A stretch of 50,417 nucleotides of DNA from a bacterium. Its GTDB lineage: Bacteria; Edwardsbacteria; AC1; EtOH8. Positions 1 through 9,273 of this stretch are shown one piece after another. The notes under the pieces were generated by a model. It made no database searches, had not been told where the DNA came from, and saw only the letters and a list, made by a program, of their open reading frames with translations. How positions within the stretch are numbered: the stretch's first letter is position 1; each line of letters begins with the position of its first letter. A program made the position numbers and the translations under genes. The DNA is taken from NCBI GenBank assembly GCA_030655055.1, contig JAURWH010000110.1, positions 1 through 50,417 of the forward strand. The letters are read 5' to 3'.

Positions 1-155
1 AACGAAACCAGTTTGGTGTTTGCTGTCCATTCGTTTGTTAGGCAAGCCAGCATTACTCAGGACAAGTATTAGTGTTTATCGTTCACTGTTCATAGGTTAT
101 TGTCTTTTGTCCCCCAGGCCCCAATATCAAATCCCAATTTCCAGTTCACTAATAT

Positions 156-608
156 ATGCCGTTCTGGGAGATCCTAAATAACAAACTGCTGTGGGCCGTG
201 GCCGCCAGCGGGCTGTCCACCCAGATACTGAAGGCCTTTGCCTCGGTCATCTGGGAGGGGAGGCTCAACTGGAAGCGGACCCTGGAGCCCGGCGGGATGC
301 CCAGCTCCCACGCCGCTTCCTCGGCCACCCTGGCCACCATGATAGGCTTAAGCGCCGGGTTCGACAGCTGGCTGTTTGCCCTGTCGGCCTATGTGGCCTT
401 CGTGGTGATGTACGACGCGGCCGGGGTGCGGCGGGCGGTGGGCCGCCAGGCCGTGGCCCTGAACCGGATACTGGAAAGCCGGACACTTAAGAAGAGGACC
501 CAGGGCCTGCAGATCATAGAACTGCTGGGCCACACCCCGATCGAGGTTTTTGCCGGATGCATCCTGGGCATCGGCTGGGGCATTTTATTTCACTACCTGA
601 TAGGATGA
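156..608 (+). CDS. Divergent PAP2 family membrane protein (DUF212 / YuiD-like)
   Basis: 150-aa ORF with GGMPSSHAASSATLAT, MYDAAGVRRAVGRQA and LLGHTPIEVFAG motifs typical of YuiD/DUF212; hydrophobic helices. Confidence 0.8.
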   Translation: MPFWEILNNKLLWAVAASGLSTQILKAFASVIWEGRLNWKRTLEPGGMPSSHAASSATLATMIGLSAGFDSWLFALSAYVAFVVMYDAAGVRRAVGRQAVALNRILESRTLKKRTQGLQIIELLGHTPIEVFAGCILGIGWGILFHYLIG

Positions 609-611
609 ACC

Positions 612-2483
612 ATGATCCTGGATAACATAAATAATCCAGCCGACCTGAAAAAACTGAACCTGCCGCAGCTGCAGCAGCTGGCGGGCGAGGTGCGCCGGCA
701 TATCATCAGCGTGGTTTCCAAGAACGGCGGGCACCTGGCGCCCAGCCTGGGAACGGTGGAGCTGACCATAGCCCTGCACTATGTCTTTGACACTCCGGAG
801 GACAAGCTGATCTGGGACGTGGGCCACCAGACCTACGCCCACAAGATCCTGACCGGCAGAAAAAATGAATTCTGCACGATCCGGACCTACCAGGGCCTGA
901 GCGGATTTCCCAAGCGGGCTGAAAGCTGCTACGACTGCTTTGACACCGGACACGCCTCCACCTCCATCTCGGCGGCCCTGGGGATGGCCTGCGCCCGGGA
1001 CCTGGCCGGGGAAAAATTCCGGGTGGCGGCCATCATCGGCGACGGATCGCTGACCGGTGGACTGGCCTTTGAGGGACTGAACCATGCCGGCCAGCTGAAA
1101 AAGAATATGCTGGTGGTTTTGAACGACAACCGGATGGCCATCTCCAAACGGGTGGGAGCCCTGGGCCAGTACCTGACCCGGATTACCACCGCTCCGGCCT
1201 ATACCAGTTTTGAGAAAAACCTTTGGGACCTTTTGGGCAAACTGCCCAAGAACTTCGGCCAGCCGACCAGGGTGATGTTCCGCCGTTTGCGCCAGGGATT
1301 CAAGAACCTGATCGTTCCGGGCCTGACCTTTGAAGAGCTGGGCTACCATTACGAAGGGCCGGTGGACGGCCACGACCTGGAGGCTTTGATCAAGATCCTG
1401 TCCCGGATCAAGGATCTGCCCGGCCCCACCATGCTCCACGTGCTGACCACCAAGGGCAAAGGATATGCCCCGGCCGAGAACAACGCCGAAAAATTCCACG
1501 GGGTGGGGGCCTTTGATCCGGAGACAGGCAACTCCCGCACCCAGTCTGATATTCCCTCCTACACCGAGGTCTTCGGCCAGACCCTTACCGAATTGGGCCG
1601 CAAAGATCCACGGATCGTGGCCATCACCGCGGCCATGCCCGAGGGCACCGGCCTGGACATCTTCCGGGACGCCATTCCGGAAAGGTTCTACGACGTGGGC
1701 ATCGCCGAACAGCACGCCCTGACCTTTGCCGCCGGCCTGGCCGCCCGGGGTTTTCGGCCGGTGGTGGCCATCTACTCCACCTTTTTACAGCGGGGCTACG
1801 ACCAGATCATTCACGACATCTCCCTCCAGAAACTGCCGGTGGTGCTGGCCATCGACCGGGCCGGGCTGGTGGGCGAGGACGGCCCCACCCATCACGGGCC
1901 TTTTGACATCTCTTATCTGCGCTGCATTCCCAACCTGCTTTTGATGGCCCCCAAGGATGAGCAGGAATTAAGGGACATGCTGGTGACCGCCCTCAAACAT
2001 CAGGGTCCCTCGGCCATCCGCTATCCCCGGGGCAGCGGTTTCGGAGTAAAGCTGACCGCCCCACAGGAACTGCCTTTGGGCCGGGCCGAAAAACTGCGGG
2101 AGGGAAAGGACGGAGCCATATTGGGGTTGGGCATCGGAGCCACTTTAGGCCGGCAGGCGGCAGAATTGCTGGCAGCAAAGGGTTTGGAGATAGAAGTCTG
2201 GAACGCCAGGTTTGCCAGCCCACTGGACGAAGAAACCATCGGCGGCATCATGGCCCGCCATAAAAAAGTGCTGACTATTGAAGAGAACGTTCTGGCCGGA
2301 GGTTTCGGTTCTTCAGTCTTAGAACTGGCCAACCGGCAGCAACTGAAAACCGATATCCAGCGGCTGGGCCTGCCCGACAGTTTCGTGGAGGCCGGGCCCC
2401 GGTCGCTGCTGTTGGAAAAGAACGGCCTCAGCGTTTCGGGCATCGCGGCTTCGGCGGAAAAATACTTTAAGGCCCGGCCATGA
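612..2483 (+). CDS. dxs: 1-deoxy-D-xylulose-5-phosphate synthase
   Basis: 623 aa; GHLAPSLGTVELTIALHYVF and GHQTYAHKILTGR N-terminal signatures, ThDP-binding GDGSLTGG, full-length transketolase-like architecture. Confidence 0.97.
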   Translation: MILDNINNPADLKKLNLPQLQQLAGEVRRHIISVVSKNGGHLAPSLGTVELTIALHYVFDTPEDKLIWDVGHQTYAHKILTGRKNEFCTIRTYQGLSGFPKRAESCYDCFDTGHASTSISAALGMACARDLAGEKFRVAAIIGDGSLTGGLAFEGLNHAGQLKKNMLVVLNDNRMAISKRVGALGQYLTRITTAPAYTSFEKNLWDLLGKLPKNFGQPTRVMFRRLRQGFKNLIVPGLTFEELGYHYEGPVDGHDLEALIKILSRIKDLPGPTMLHVLTTKGKGYAPAENNAEKFHGVGAFDPETGNSRTQSDIPSYTEVFGQTLTELGRKDPRIVAITAAMPEGTGLDIFRDAIPERFYDVGIAEQHALTFAAGLAARGFRPVVAIYSTFLQRGYDQIIHDISLQKLPVVLAIDRAGLVGEDGPTHHGPFDISYLRCIPNLLLMAPKDEQELRDMLVTALKHQGPSAIRYPRGSGFGVKLTAPQELPLGRAEKLREGKDGAILGLGIGATLGRQAAELLAAKGLEIEVWNARFASPLDEETIGGIMARHKKVLTIEENVLAGGFGSSVLELANRQQLKTDIQRLGLPDSFVEAGPRSLLLEKNGLSVSGIAASAEKYFKARP

Positions 2484-3358
2484 GCAGCGCACTGCCGGAA
2501 GATTCAGTTTACATCATCAACAAGCCGCCGGGACCTACCTCCTTTGCCCAGGTAGCCAGCCTCAGGCGGCTTTTGGGCATCAAGAAGGCTGGGCATGCCG
2601 GAACCCTTGATCCCGAAGCTTCCGGCATCCTGATAGTGCTGACCGGCCAGGCCACCAGGGCCGCCAAGTTCTTTGAAGGACTGGACAAGGAATACCTGGC
2701 CGTCATCAAACTGGGGATAACCACCGATACCTACGACCTTAGCGGACAGGTGCTTTCCACTTCAGACGTTCCAGTATTCAGCCGGGCCGAAATAGAGAAA
2801 GCGCTGAGCAATTTTCAGGGCCATATCATGCAGGTCCCGCCGGCTTTCTCGGCCATCAAAAAGGACGGCCAGCCGTTGTACAAGGCGGCCCGCCAGGGAA
2901 TAGAGGTGGAACTGGTTCCCCGTCCGGTGGAGATCCAGCGGATCGATCTTAAATCGATCGATCTGCCGGAGATCACCATTTCAGTCAAATGCTCCAAAGG
3001 CACCTACATCCGCTCGCTGGCCTTCGATCTGGGAAAAAAATTGGGCTGCGGAGCGGCCCTGGCCAAACTGGTCAGAACCGCAGTGGGAGAATTCACCCTG
3101 GACCGGGCCGTGCCCGGAAACTCCGGCAGAGCAGAGTTTGAGTCCGGGGCCGTCTCCATTGACCAGGCCCTGTACTTTTTGGATGCCTTGGAACTTTCCC
3201 CGGAACAGGTTCAAAGGATAGGCCACGGCAATCCGGTGGAATATCCCCATCCCGATTCCGGACAGATCAAGGCCCGCTACCAGGGCCAAATACTGGCCCT
3301 GGGCCGGATCCAGGACAATATCTTCAAGCCGCAGACTGTATTGGCGGCCCAATGCTGA
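2480..3358 (+). CDS. truB: tRNA pseudouridine(55) synthase
   Basis: 292 aa; KPPGPTSF and GHAGTLDPEASGIL (catalytic Asp) motifs; 4-nt overlap with the dxs stop. Confidence 0.95.
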   Translation: MSSALPEDSVYIINKPPGPTSFAQVASLRRLLGIKKAGHAGTLDPEASGILIVLTGQATRAAKFFEGLDKEYLAVIKLGITTDTYDLSGQVLSTSDVPVFSRAEIEKALSNFQGHIMQVPPAFSAIKKDGQPLYKAARQGIEVELVPRPVEIQRIDLKSIDLPEITISVKCSKGTYIRSLAFDLGKKLGCGAALAKLVRTAVGEFTLDRAVPGNSGRAEFESGAVSIDQALYFLDALELSPEQVQRIGHGNPVEYPHPDSGQIKARYQGQILALGRIQDNIFKPQTVLAAQC

Positions 3359-4293
3359 CCATCACCCGCCTGAATAATTTCGGCCGGGAGCATCCCGGTG
3401 CGGTGGTGACCCTGGGGGTTTTCGACGGACTGCACCGGGGCCACCAGGTCCTGATAAAAAAACTGATCACCCGGGCCCAAGCGGCCGGACACCAGAGCGT
3501 GGTCCTTACTTTTGAACCCCATCCCCAAAAGGTGCTCCGCCGCGCCAGCCGGCCTTTCATCCTGACCACCGGGACGGAGAAGATGCTGCTGCTTTCCCGG
3601 ATGGGAGCGGATGTGATGGCCGTGATCCGGTTCTCCAAAAGCATGGCCGACATGGACCCGGAGCAGTTCGTAAAAAATATATTAGTTCAAAAGCTGGGAG
3701 CCGCAACAGTGATCTGCGGCCAGGATTGCGGGTTCGGGGCAGGCCGCCGGGGAGATATCTCACTATTGAAGACGCTGGGGCTGAAATACGGATTTAAGGT
3801 GGAGGGGATAGCCGCCTGCCAGTCACGGCAAAAGAAGATCGGCAGCACTCTGATCCGGAAGCAGATCCAAGACGGCCTTTTCAACCAGGCGGTAAAATTG
3901 CTGGGCCACCCCTACCTGATCAGCGGCCGGGTGGTGAAGGGTCGGGGGATGGGAAGGAAACTGGGTTATCCCACCGCCAACCTAAAAGTCGGCGATAGAC
4001 TGAAACTCATCCCGGGGGACGGGGTCTATGCCGCCAGGGCTTTGGCGGGCAAAAAGAACTATGACGGGATGCTTTATATAGGAAGCCGGCCGACCTTCGG
4101 CGGCAGAAGCGCACGGGCCATTGAATTCAATGCCTTCGGGAACCCCGGTAACCTTTACGGAAAGGAACTGATCCTGGAGGTCCACCAGTTCATCCGGCCC
4201 GGCAAGAAGTACGGCAGCCCGGGGGAACTGAAGAAGGCCATTGCCGGGGATCAGATAAAAATAAAGAAATATTTCCAGCCGGCAAAAGGATAA
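3352..4293 (+). CDS. ribF: Bifunctional riboflavin kinase / FMN adenylyltransferase
   Basis: 313 aa; GVFDGLHRGHQ adenylyltransferase motif and GRVVKGRGMGRKLGYPTANL kinase motif; overlaps the truB stop. Confidence 0.93.
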   Translation: MLTITRLNNFGREHPGAVVTLGVFDGLHRGHQVLIKKLITRAQAAGHQSVVLTFEPHPQKVLRRASRPFILTTGTEKMLLLSRMGADVMAVIRFSKSMADMDPEQFVKNILVQKLGAATVICGQDCGFGAGRRGDISLLKTLGLKYGFKVEGIAACQSRQKKIGSTLIRKQIQDGLFNQAVKLLGHPYLISGRVVKGRGMGRKLGYPTANLKVGDRLKLIPGDGVYAARALAGKKNYDGMLYIGSRPTFGGRSARAIEFNAFGNPGNLYGKELILEVHQFIRPGKKYGSPGELKKAIAGDQIKIKKYFQPAKG

Positions 4294-4348
4294 CCGGTTC
4301 AACGACAAGTTAAAACAAAATATATTAATATAATCGGGAGTCACCCCC

Positions 4349-5554
4349 ATGATCAAAGATCTATCGGCCTTCTATTCCAAGAACGCCCTCAACATGAAGC
4401 GTTCCGAGATCCGCGAGCTCTTGAAGTTCACCCGCCAGCCGGGCATCATCAGTTTTGCCGGCGGCCTGCCGGCCCCCGACACGTTCCCGGTTCAGGAGAT
4501 AGAGGAGATCTCCTGCCGGCTGCTGCGGGAAAAAGGGGCCATGGCCCTGCAGTACGGCACCACCGAGGGCGAGGCTCCCCTGCGCGAGGAACTGGCCAAA
4601 TGGATGTCCCAGGAAAAGCCGGGCATCAAGCCGGAGAACATCTTCATCACCTCCGGCTCCCAGCAGGGGCTGGACATCGTGTCCAAGGTGTTTTTGGATC
4701 CCGGCGACACCGTGATCGTGGAGCTTCCCAGCTACGTGGGCGGGCTGCAGGCCTTCACTGCCTACCGGGCCAAGATGGTGGGCGTGCCACAGGATGATGA
4801 GGGAATGCGGATGGACAAGCTGGAAAAGGTGCTGGCCGCCATGGCCAAGAAGAACAAGAAGCCGAAGTTCATCTACGTGGTGCCGGATTTCCAGAATCCG
4901 TCCGGGATCACCATGAGCCTGGAGCGCCGGAAGAAACTGCTGGAGCTGGCTTACCAGTATGAAGTGCCTATCGTGGAAGACAGTCCCTACCGTGATCTGC
5001 GCTTTACCGGGGAGCCGGTGCCGCCCATCTACAGTCTGGATACCCAGAACCAGGTGATAGTGCTGGGGACCTTCTCCAAGATCTTCTGTCCCGGACTGCG
5101 CCTGGCCTGGATCACCGCCCCGGCCGAGTGGATGGACCGGATGATAGTGGCCAAGCAGAGCATGGACCTTTGCAGCCCCTCGTTCAACCAGCTGATCACC
5201 GCCGAATACATGAAGCAGGGTCTGCTGCAGCCCCAGATCGAGCGGATCAAGATACTCTACGGCCAGAAGCGCCAGGTGATGCTGAAGGCCCTCAAAAAAC
5301 ACATGCCCAAGGGCGTCAAGTGGACCAAGCCCGAGGGCGGGCTGTTCCTGTGGATCAAGCTTCCCAAGAACATGAGCGCCAACGAGCTGTTTCCCAAGGC
5401 CATCGAAGAAAAGGTGGCTTATGTGGTGGGCACCGCCTTCCATTGCGACGGCAAGGGCCAGAATGCCATGCGGATGAATTTCTCCTATCCCACCGAGGCC
5501 CAGATCGAGGAAGGGATCCTGAGGCTGGCCAACATGATCAAGAAGAATATGTGA
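4349..5554 (+). CDS. PLP-dependent aminotransferase, class I/II (2-aminoadipate/aspartate transaminase-like)
   Basis: 401 aa; GGLPAPDTFP, TSGSQQGLD, PDFQNPSG and SFSKIFCPGLRLAW (PLP lysine context) motifs. Confidence 0.85.
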   Translation: MIKDLSAFYSKNALNMKRSEIRELLKFTRQPGIISFAGGLPAPDTFPVQEIEEISCRLLREKGAMALQYGTTEGEAPLREELAKWMSQEKPGIKPENIFITSGSQQGLDIVSKVFLDPGDTVIVELPSYVGGLQAFTAYRAKMVGVPQDDEGMRMDKLEKVLAAMAKKNKKPKFIYVVPDFQNPSGITMSLERRKKLLELAYQYEVPIVEDSPYRDLRFTGEPVPPIYSLDTQNQVIVLGTFSKIFCPGLRLAWITAPAEWMDRMIVAKQSMDLCSPSFNQLITAEYMKQGLLQPQIERIKILYGQKRQVMLKALKKHMPKGVKWTKPEGGLFLWIKLPKNMSANELFPKAIEEKVAYVVGTAFHCDGKGQNAMRMNFSYPTEAQIEEGILRLANMIKKNM

Positions 5555-5652
5555 TCTGGCCCGGAATACAGAATATTGAAGTCTGAATACCGGATGGTTG
5601 TTCTGTATTCCGTCTCCAAAATTCAATATTCAAGCGTTTAAGAGGAGAGAGT

Positions 5653-7203
5653 ATGGCTGAGAAACGCGAACAATGGGGCTCCAAACTGGGGGTCATTCTG
5701 GCCGTGGCCGGAAGCGCGGTGGGGCTGGGGAACTTCTTACGTTTCCCGGCCAAGGCGGTGCTCAACGGCGGCGGGGCCTTTATGATCCCCTATTTCGTTG
5801 CCTTTCTGCTGTTGGGAATTCCCCTGATGTGGGTGGAATGGACCCTGGGCCGGATGGGAGGCGAACGCGGCCACGGGACCGCTCCCGGCATGTTCGACAA
5901 GCTGGACGGGACCGGGCGCTGGGCCAAATACCTGGGGACCATCGGGGTGCTGGGCCCGTTCGTCATCCTGATCTATTACATGTACATCGAATCCTGGACC
6001 CTGGCCTATGCCTGGTATTCCTTCACCGGGCACCTGCCGTTCGGGGCCGGCCAGGCCGAGATGAAAGCCTTCCTGTCGGGCTTTCAGGGCCTGGCTCAGA
6101 ACCAGTACTTCTCGTCACTGGCCCCGGCCCTGACATTCTTTGCTATCACCTTTTTATTCAATTATTACTTCATCTATAAGGGGATCCAGGGGGGAATAGA
6201 AAAACTTTCCAAGTACGGAATGCCGGTGCTGATAGCCATAGGTATCCTGCTGGCCATCCGGGTACTGTCACTGGGAACCCCGGACCCGGCGTTGCCGGAA
6301 CTTTCGGTGAAGAACGCCCTGGGCTTCGTTTGGAACCCGGACTTCTCCCAACTCTCCAATGCCAGGGTCTGGATAGAAGCCGCCGGCCAGATATTCTTCA
6401 CCCTGTCGGTGGGGATCGGAGTGATACTGACCTATGCCAGCTATCTAAAGAAAAACGACGACGTAGTGCTGTCGGGGCTGACCGCTTCGGCCACCAACGA
6501 ATTCTGCGAGGTGATACTGGGAGGCTCCATAGTGATCCCGGCGGCCTTCATCTTCCTGGGCGGGGCATCCGGGGCCCTGACCGCGGCCCAGAGTGGCACA
6601 TTCAACCTGGGCTTTGTGACCATGCCCATGATCTTCGGGAAAATTCCCCTGGGCTTCATCTTCTCCGGGCTGTGGTTCCTGCTGCTGTTCATCGCCGGCA
6701 TCACCTCCTCGGTATCCCTGATCCAGCCGGCCATCTCGTTCCTGGAGGACGAGCTGAAGTGGAGCCGGAAAAGGTCGGTGCTGGTGCTGGGAGCCGTCTC
6801 GTTGGCGGCCTGCCTGCCCGCCATCTTCTTCCTGGGCCACGGCTTCGTGGACGAACTGGACTTCTGGGGCGGCACCCTGTTCCTGGTGGTGTTCGCCGCC
6901 ATCGAGATCATCCTGTTCTCCTGGGTATTCGGGATAGAAAAAGGGTGGAAGGAGATGCAGCAGGGAGCCCAGATGAAGATCCCCAAGTTCTACAAACCCA
7001 TCATCAAATACGTGACCCCGGCCTATCTGCTGATCCTGCTGGGTGTGTGGTCCTATCAGCAGTTCTGGCCGTTCATCGCGATGAAGGGGGTGGCCCCGGC
7101 CGACCAGCCGTACCAGTGGGCCGCCCGGGGGCTGGTGTTTGGTTTGTGGGCGGTGATCATATGGCTGGTGGCCTGGGCCTGGAAGCGTAAGAAAACTGCT
7201 TGA
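5653..7203 (+). CDS. Sodium-dependent transporter, neurotransmitter:sodium symporter (NSS/SNF) family
   Basis: 516 aa; N-terminal REQWGSKLGVILAVAGSAVGLGNFLRFP signature; about 11-12 hydrophobic segments; AGGAGA RBS upstream. Confidence 0.9.
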   Translation: MAEKREQWGSKLGVILAVAGSAVGLGNFLRFPAKAVLNGGGAFMIPYFVAFLLLGIPLMWVEWTLGRMGGERGHGTAPGMFDKLDGTGRWAKYLGTIGVLGPFVILIYYMYIESWTLAYAWYSFTGHLPFGAGQAEMKAFLSGFQGLAQNQYFSSLAPALTFFAITFLFNYYFIYKGIQGGIEKLSKYGMPVLIAIGILLAIRVLSLGTPDPALPELSVKNALGFVWNPDFSQLSNARVWIEAAGQIFFTLSVGIGVILTYASYLKKNDDVVLSGLTASATNEFCEVILGGSIVIPAAFIFLGGASGALTAAQSGTFNLGFVTMPMIFGKIPLGFIFSGLWFLLLFIAGITSSVSLIQPAISFLEDELKWSRKRSVLVLGAVSLAACLPAIFFLGHGFVDELDFWGGTLFLVVFAAIEIILFSWVFGIEKGWKEMQQGAQMKIPKFYKPIIKYVTPAYLLILLGVWSYQQFWPFIAMKGVAPADQPYQWAARGLVFGLWAVIIWLVAWAWKRKKTA

Positions 7204-7229
7204 ATTGTAAATATTAGGAGGTCATAAAA

Positions 7230-7325
7230 ATGAACGCTTGGGGTGTCCTATTCATGGCCCTTTCCTGGGGTCTGATAATATTCTTGACAGTTTACAGCTT
7301 TGTCCTGGTACTCAAAGGGAAATAA
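7230..7325 (+). CDS. 31-aa single-pass membrane peptide, candidate small subunit of the upstream NSS transporter (MetS-like)
   Basis: ATG at 7230 lies 8 nt after a consensus AGGAGG (7216-7221). Translation is MNAWGVLFMALSWGLIIFLTVYSFVLVLKGK*. It starts 27 nt after the transporter stop. It is below the size cutoff of the supplied ORF track. Confidence 0.5.
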   Translation: MNAWGVLFMALSWGLIIFLTVYSFVLVLKGK

Positions 7326-7386
7326 TACCATTCCGTATCTAACCGGTGGATCAACTCGCTGAAAGGCGTAACAATAATTACAGAAC

Positions 7387-7824
7387 ATGTTGCAAATGGC
7401 GCTGATAGTCAACCAGAACATAATGATATCCGAGGACGAGCTGGCCGAGGAATTCATCCGGGCTTCGGGTCCGGGTGGCCAGAACGTCAACAAGGTGGCC
7501 ACCGCGGTCAAGCTTAAGTTCAATGCGGCCGGCAGCCTTTCACTGACGGCGGAGGTGAAGCAGAGGCTGTTTTCCCTTTACCGGAACCGGATCAACCTGG
7601 ATGGTTTTCTGGTGATCGACGCCCGCAACCACCGGACCCGTGAGGCCAACCGCCAGGAAGCCAGGGAGCGCCTGGCGGAGCTCATCAGGCTGGCGGCCAT
7701 AAGGCCCAAGCTCCGCCGGAAGACCAAGCCCACCTATGCTTCCAGGGCCAGGAGGGTGGATGATAAAAAGAAAAAAGGGCAGACCAAGTCCCTGCGGAAA
7801 AAGGTGGGGAATTCCGGCGACTGA
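7387..7824 (+). CDS. arfB: Alternative ribosome-rescue factor ArfB (peptidyl-tRNA hydrolase, GGQ domain)
   Basis: 145 aa; ASGPGGQNVNKVATAV GGQ motif and Lys/Arg-rich C-terminal tail as in E. coli YaeJ/ArfB; the start could also be the Met at 7396. Confidence 0.85.
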   Translation: MLQMALIVNQNIMISEDELAEEFIRASGPGGQNVNKVATAVKLKFNAAGSLSLTAEVKQRLFSLYRNRINLDGFLVIDARNHRTREANRQEARERLAELIRLAAIRPKLRRKTKPTYASRARRVDDKKKKGQTKSLRKKVGNSGD

Positions 7825-7863
7825 CAGGTCAGGTCTTTCGGGAAACGCCTATTTAAGGAACAG

Positions 7864-9273
7864 ATGTCCAACCCCCGGTATCACATAAAAAAACTGTGGC
7901 TGGAGTCCGGCGGGCAGTGCTATGCCTATTCGGTCTGTCTCAGCAAGGCCGACGTGCTGGAGCTGTCGGGCGAATGGCAGCAGGCCGAAGAACTATTCCG
8001 GAAGAACCTGGAGTTCGCCAAACTGGCCGGGGCCCAAAGCCAGACGGCCGACTCCCAGATAAAACTGTTCCGGATAATGCGGTACATGGGAAAGGTCCAT
8101 GATCCCCTGGTCTCGCTGAACGAAGCCCTGGCCATTTATACCGAGTTGGGTGACCAGTCCGGGATCAGTCAGACGATCAACAACCTCGGGCTGGTGTATG
8201 CCGCCCAGGGAAAACACCAGAAGGCCGAGGAATGTTTCAATGATCTGATAGCCAGGAGCAAGCGCTTTGGGGACAGCAAGCACCTGATCAGCGGGCTGGG
8301 CAATCTCAGCCAGGTTCAAATGAGCCGGGGCCGGTTCGACCAGGCCCTGGAATGCCTGGAGCAGTGCGCCGAGGCCTCTTTGCGGGAGAACGACACCCTG
8401 TTCCTGAGCATCACCTACGGAACCATGGGCAACGTCTACTTCTTCCAGGACCGCCTGGACAGGTCCTATGAATATTACAAGAAACAGCTGGACCTGGCCC
8501 GGCGGCTGGGAGACCCCGCCAACCAAAGCATAGCGGTGGGCAATATGGGCAACATCTTCTACCGCCAGGGGAAGTACCAAGAGGCCTTGGACTGTTACCG
8601 GGCCAAACTGGAGATCTCCCAAAAGCTGGATTACAAGACCGGAATCAGCCAGTCCTGCGGCAATCTGGGGATAGTGCATACCGAGCAGGAGCAGTATCAA
8701 ACGGCGCTGGAATATTTTGAAAAACAGCGGAGCATCTCCGAAGAGGCCGGAGATCCCGAGGGCCGGGAGGGGGGATGCTGCGGGCTGGGAATGGTATACG
8801 CCAAGACCGGGGAATACGGGAGGTCACGGGAATATTTCCTGAAAGCGGTGGAGATAGACCTGGAGGCCGGTTTTGACAAGGAGCTGGACTCAAATTATCT
8901 CCAGCTGGCCGAAGTATGTTTCAAGGCCGGGGACAAGACCGGGGCCTTGGACCATCTGGAAAAGGCGAAGCTTTCGGCCCAAAAAAATAAAAGCGACGAT
9001 ATCTTGGCCAAAGCGGAGATACTGGCAGTAAAAATAGCGGCCGGGAACGACCTGTCCCGGACTGAAAAGATTTTTTTGGAGATCCTCAACAAACAACCAG
9101 GAAATATATTGGAAGCGCTGGTTTGCTACGAACTCTGCGGCATCACGGGTGACAAGGATCAAAAAACCCGGGCAATAGGGCTGTTGCAGGAACTGTACGA
9201 CCAGACATTCGATCATGATTATAAGCGGATGAAAACGGAACTGGAGAGGGGAAAAAATGACAGACAAGGTTAA
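7864..9273 (+). CDS. Tetratricopeptide repeat protein
   Basis: 469 aa; repeated 40-aa units of the form G.S...NLG.VY...G.Y..A...... (NLGLVYAAQGKHQKAEE, NMGNIFYRQGKYQEALD, NLGIVHTEQEQYQTALE). Confidence 0.8.
   Translation: MSNPRYHIKKLWLESGGQCYAYSVCLSKADVLELSGEWQQAEELFRKNLEFAKLAGAQSQTADSQIKLFRIMRYMGKVHDPLVSLNEALAIYTELGDQSGISQTINNLGLVYAAQGKHQKAEECFNDLIARSKRFGDSKHLISGLGNLSQVQMSRGRFDQALECLEQCAEASLRENDTLFLSITYGTMGNVYFFQDRLDRSYEYYKKQLDLARRLGDPANQSIAVGNMGNIFYRQGKYQEALDCYRAKLEISQKLDYKTGISQSCGNLGIVHTEQEQYQTALEYFEKQRSISEEAGDPEGREGGCCGLGMVYAKTGEYGRSREYFLKAVEIDLEAGFDKELDSNYLQLAEVCFKAGDKTGALDHLEKAKLSAQKNKSDDILAKAEILAVKIAAGNDLSRTEKIFLEILNKQPGNILEALVCYELCGITGDKDQKTRAIGLLQELYDQTFDHDYKRMKTELERGKNDRQG

Noticed and set aside
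1-155. Relatively AT-rich 155 bp upstream of the first gene as a possible ncRNA or promoter
   Set aside because: No convincing -35/-10 pair at correct spacing, no conserved RNA motif that I can recognise, and the region is truncated by the window edge.
585-1715. 376-aa minus-strand ORF antisense to dxs. Similar long antisense ORFs: 4361-5626, 17977-19149, 21761-23323, 30143-31201, 36986-37690, 43247-44134, 44763-45584
   Set aside because: They lie fully inside genes with unmistakable family motifs on the other strand. Their translations are low-complexity and rich in Gly, Arg, Pro, Gln and His, which is typical of shadow ORFs in GC-rich DNA.
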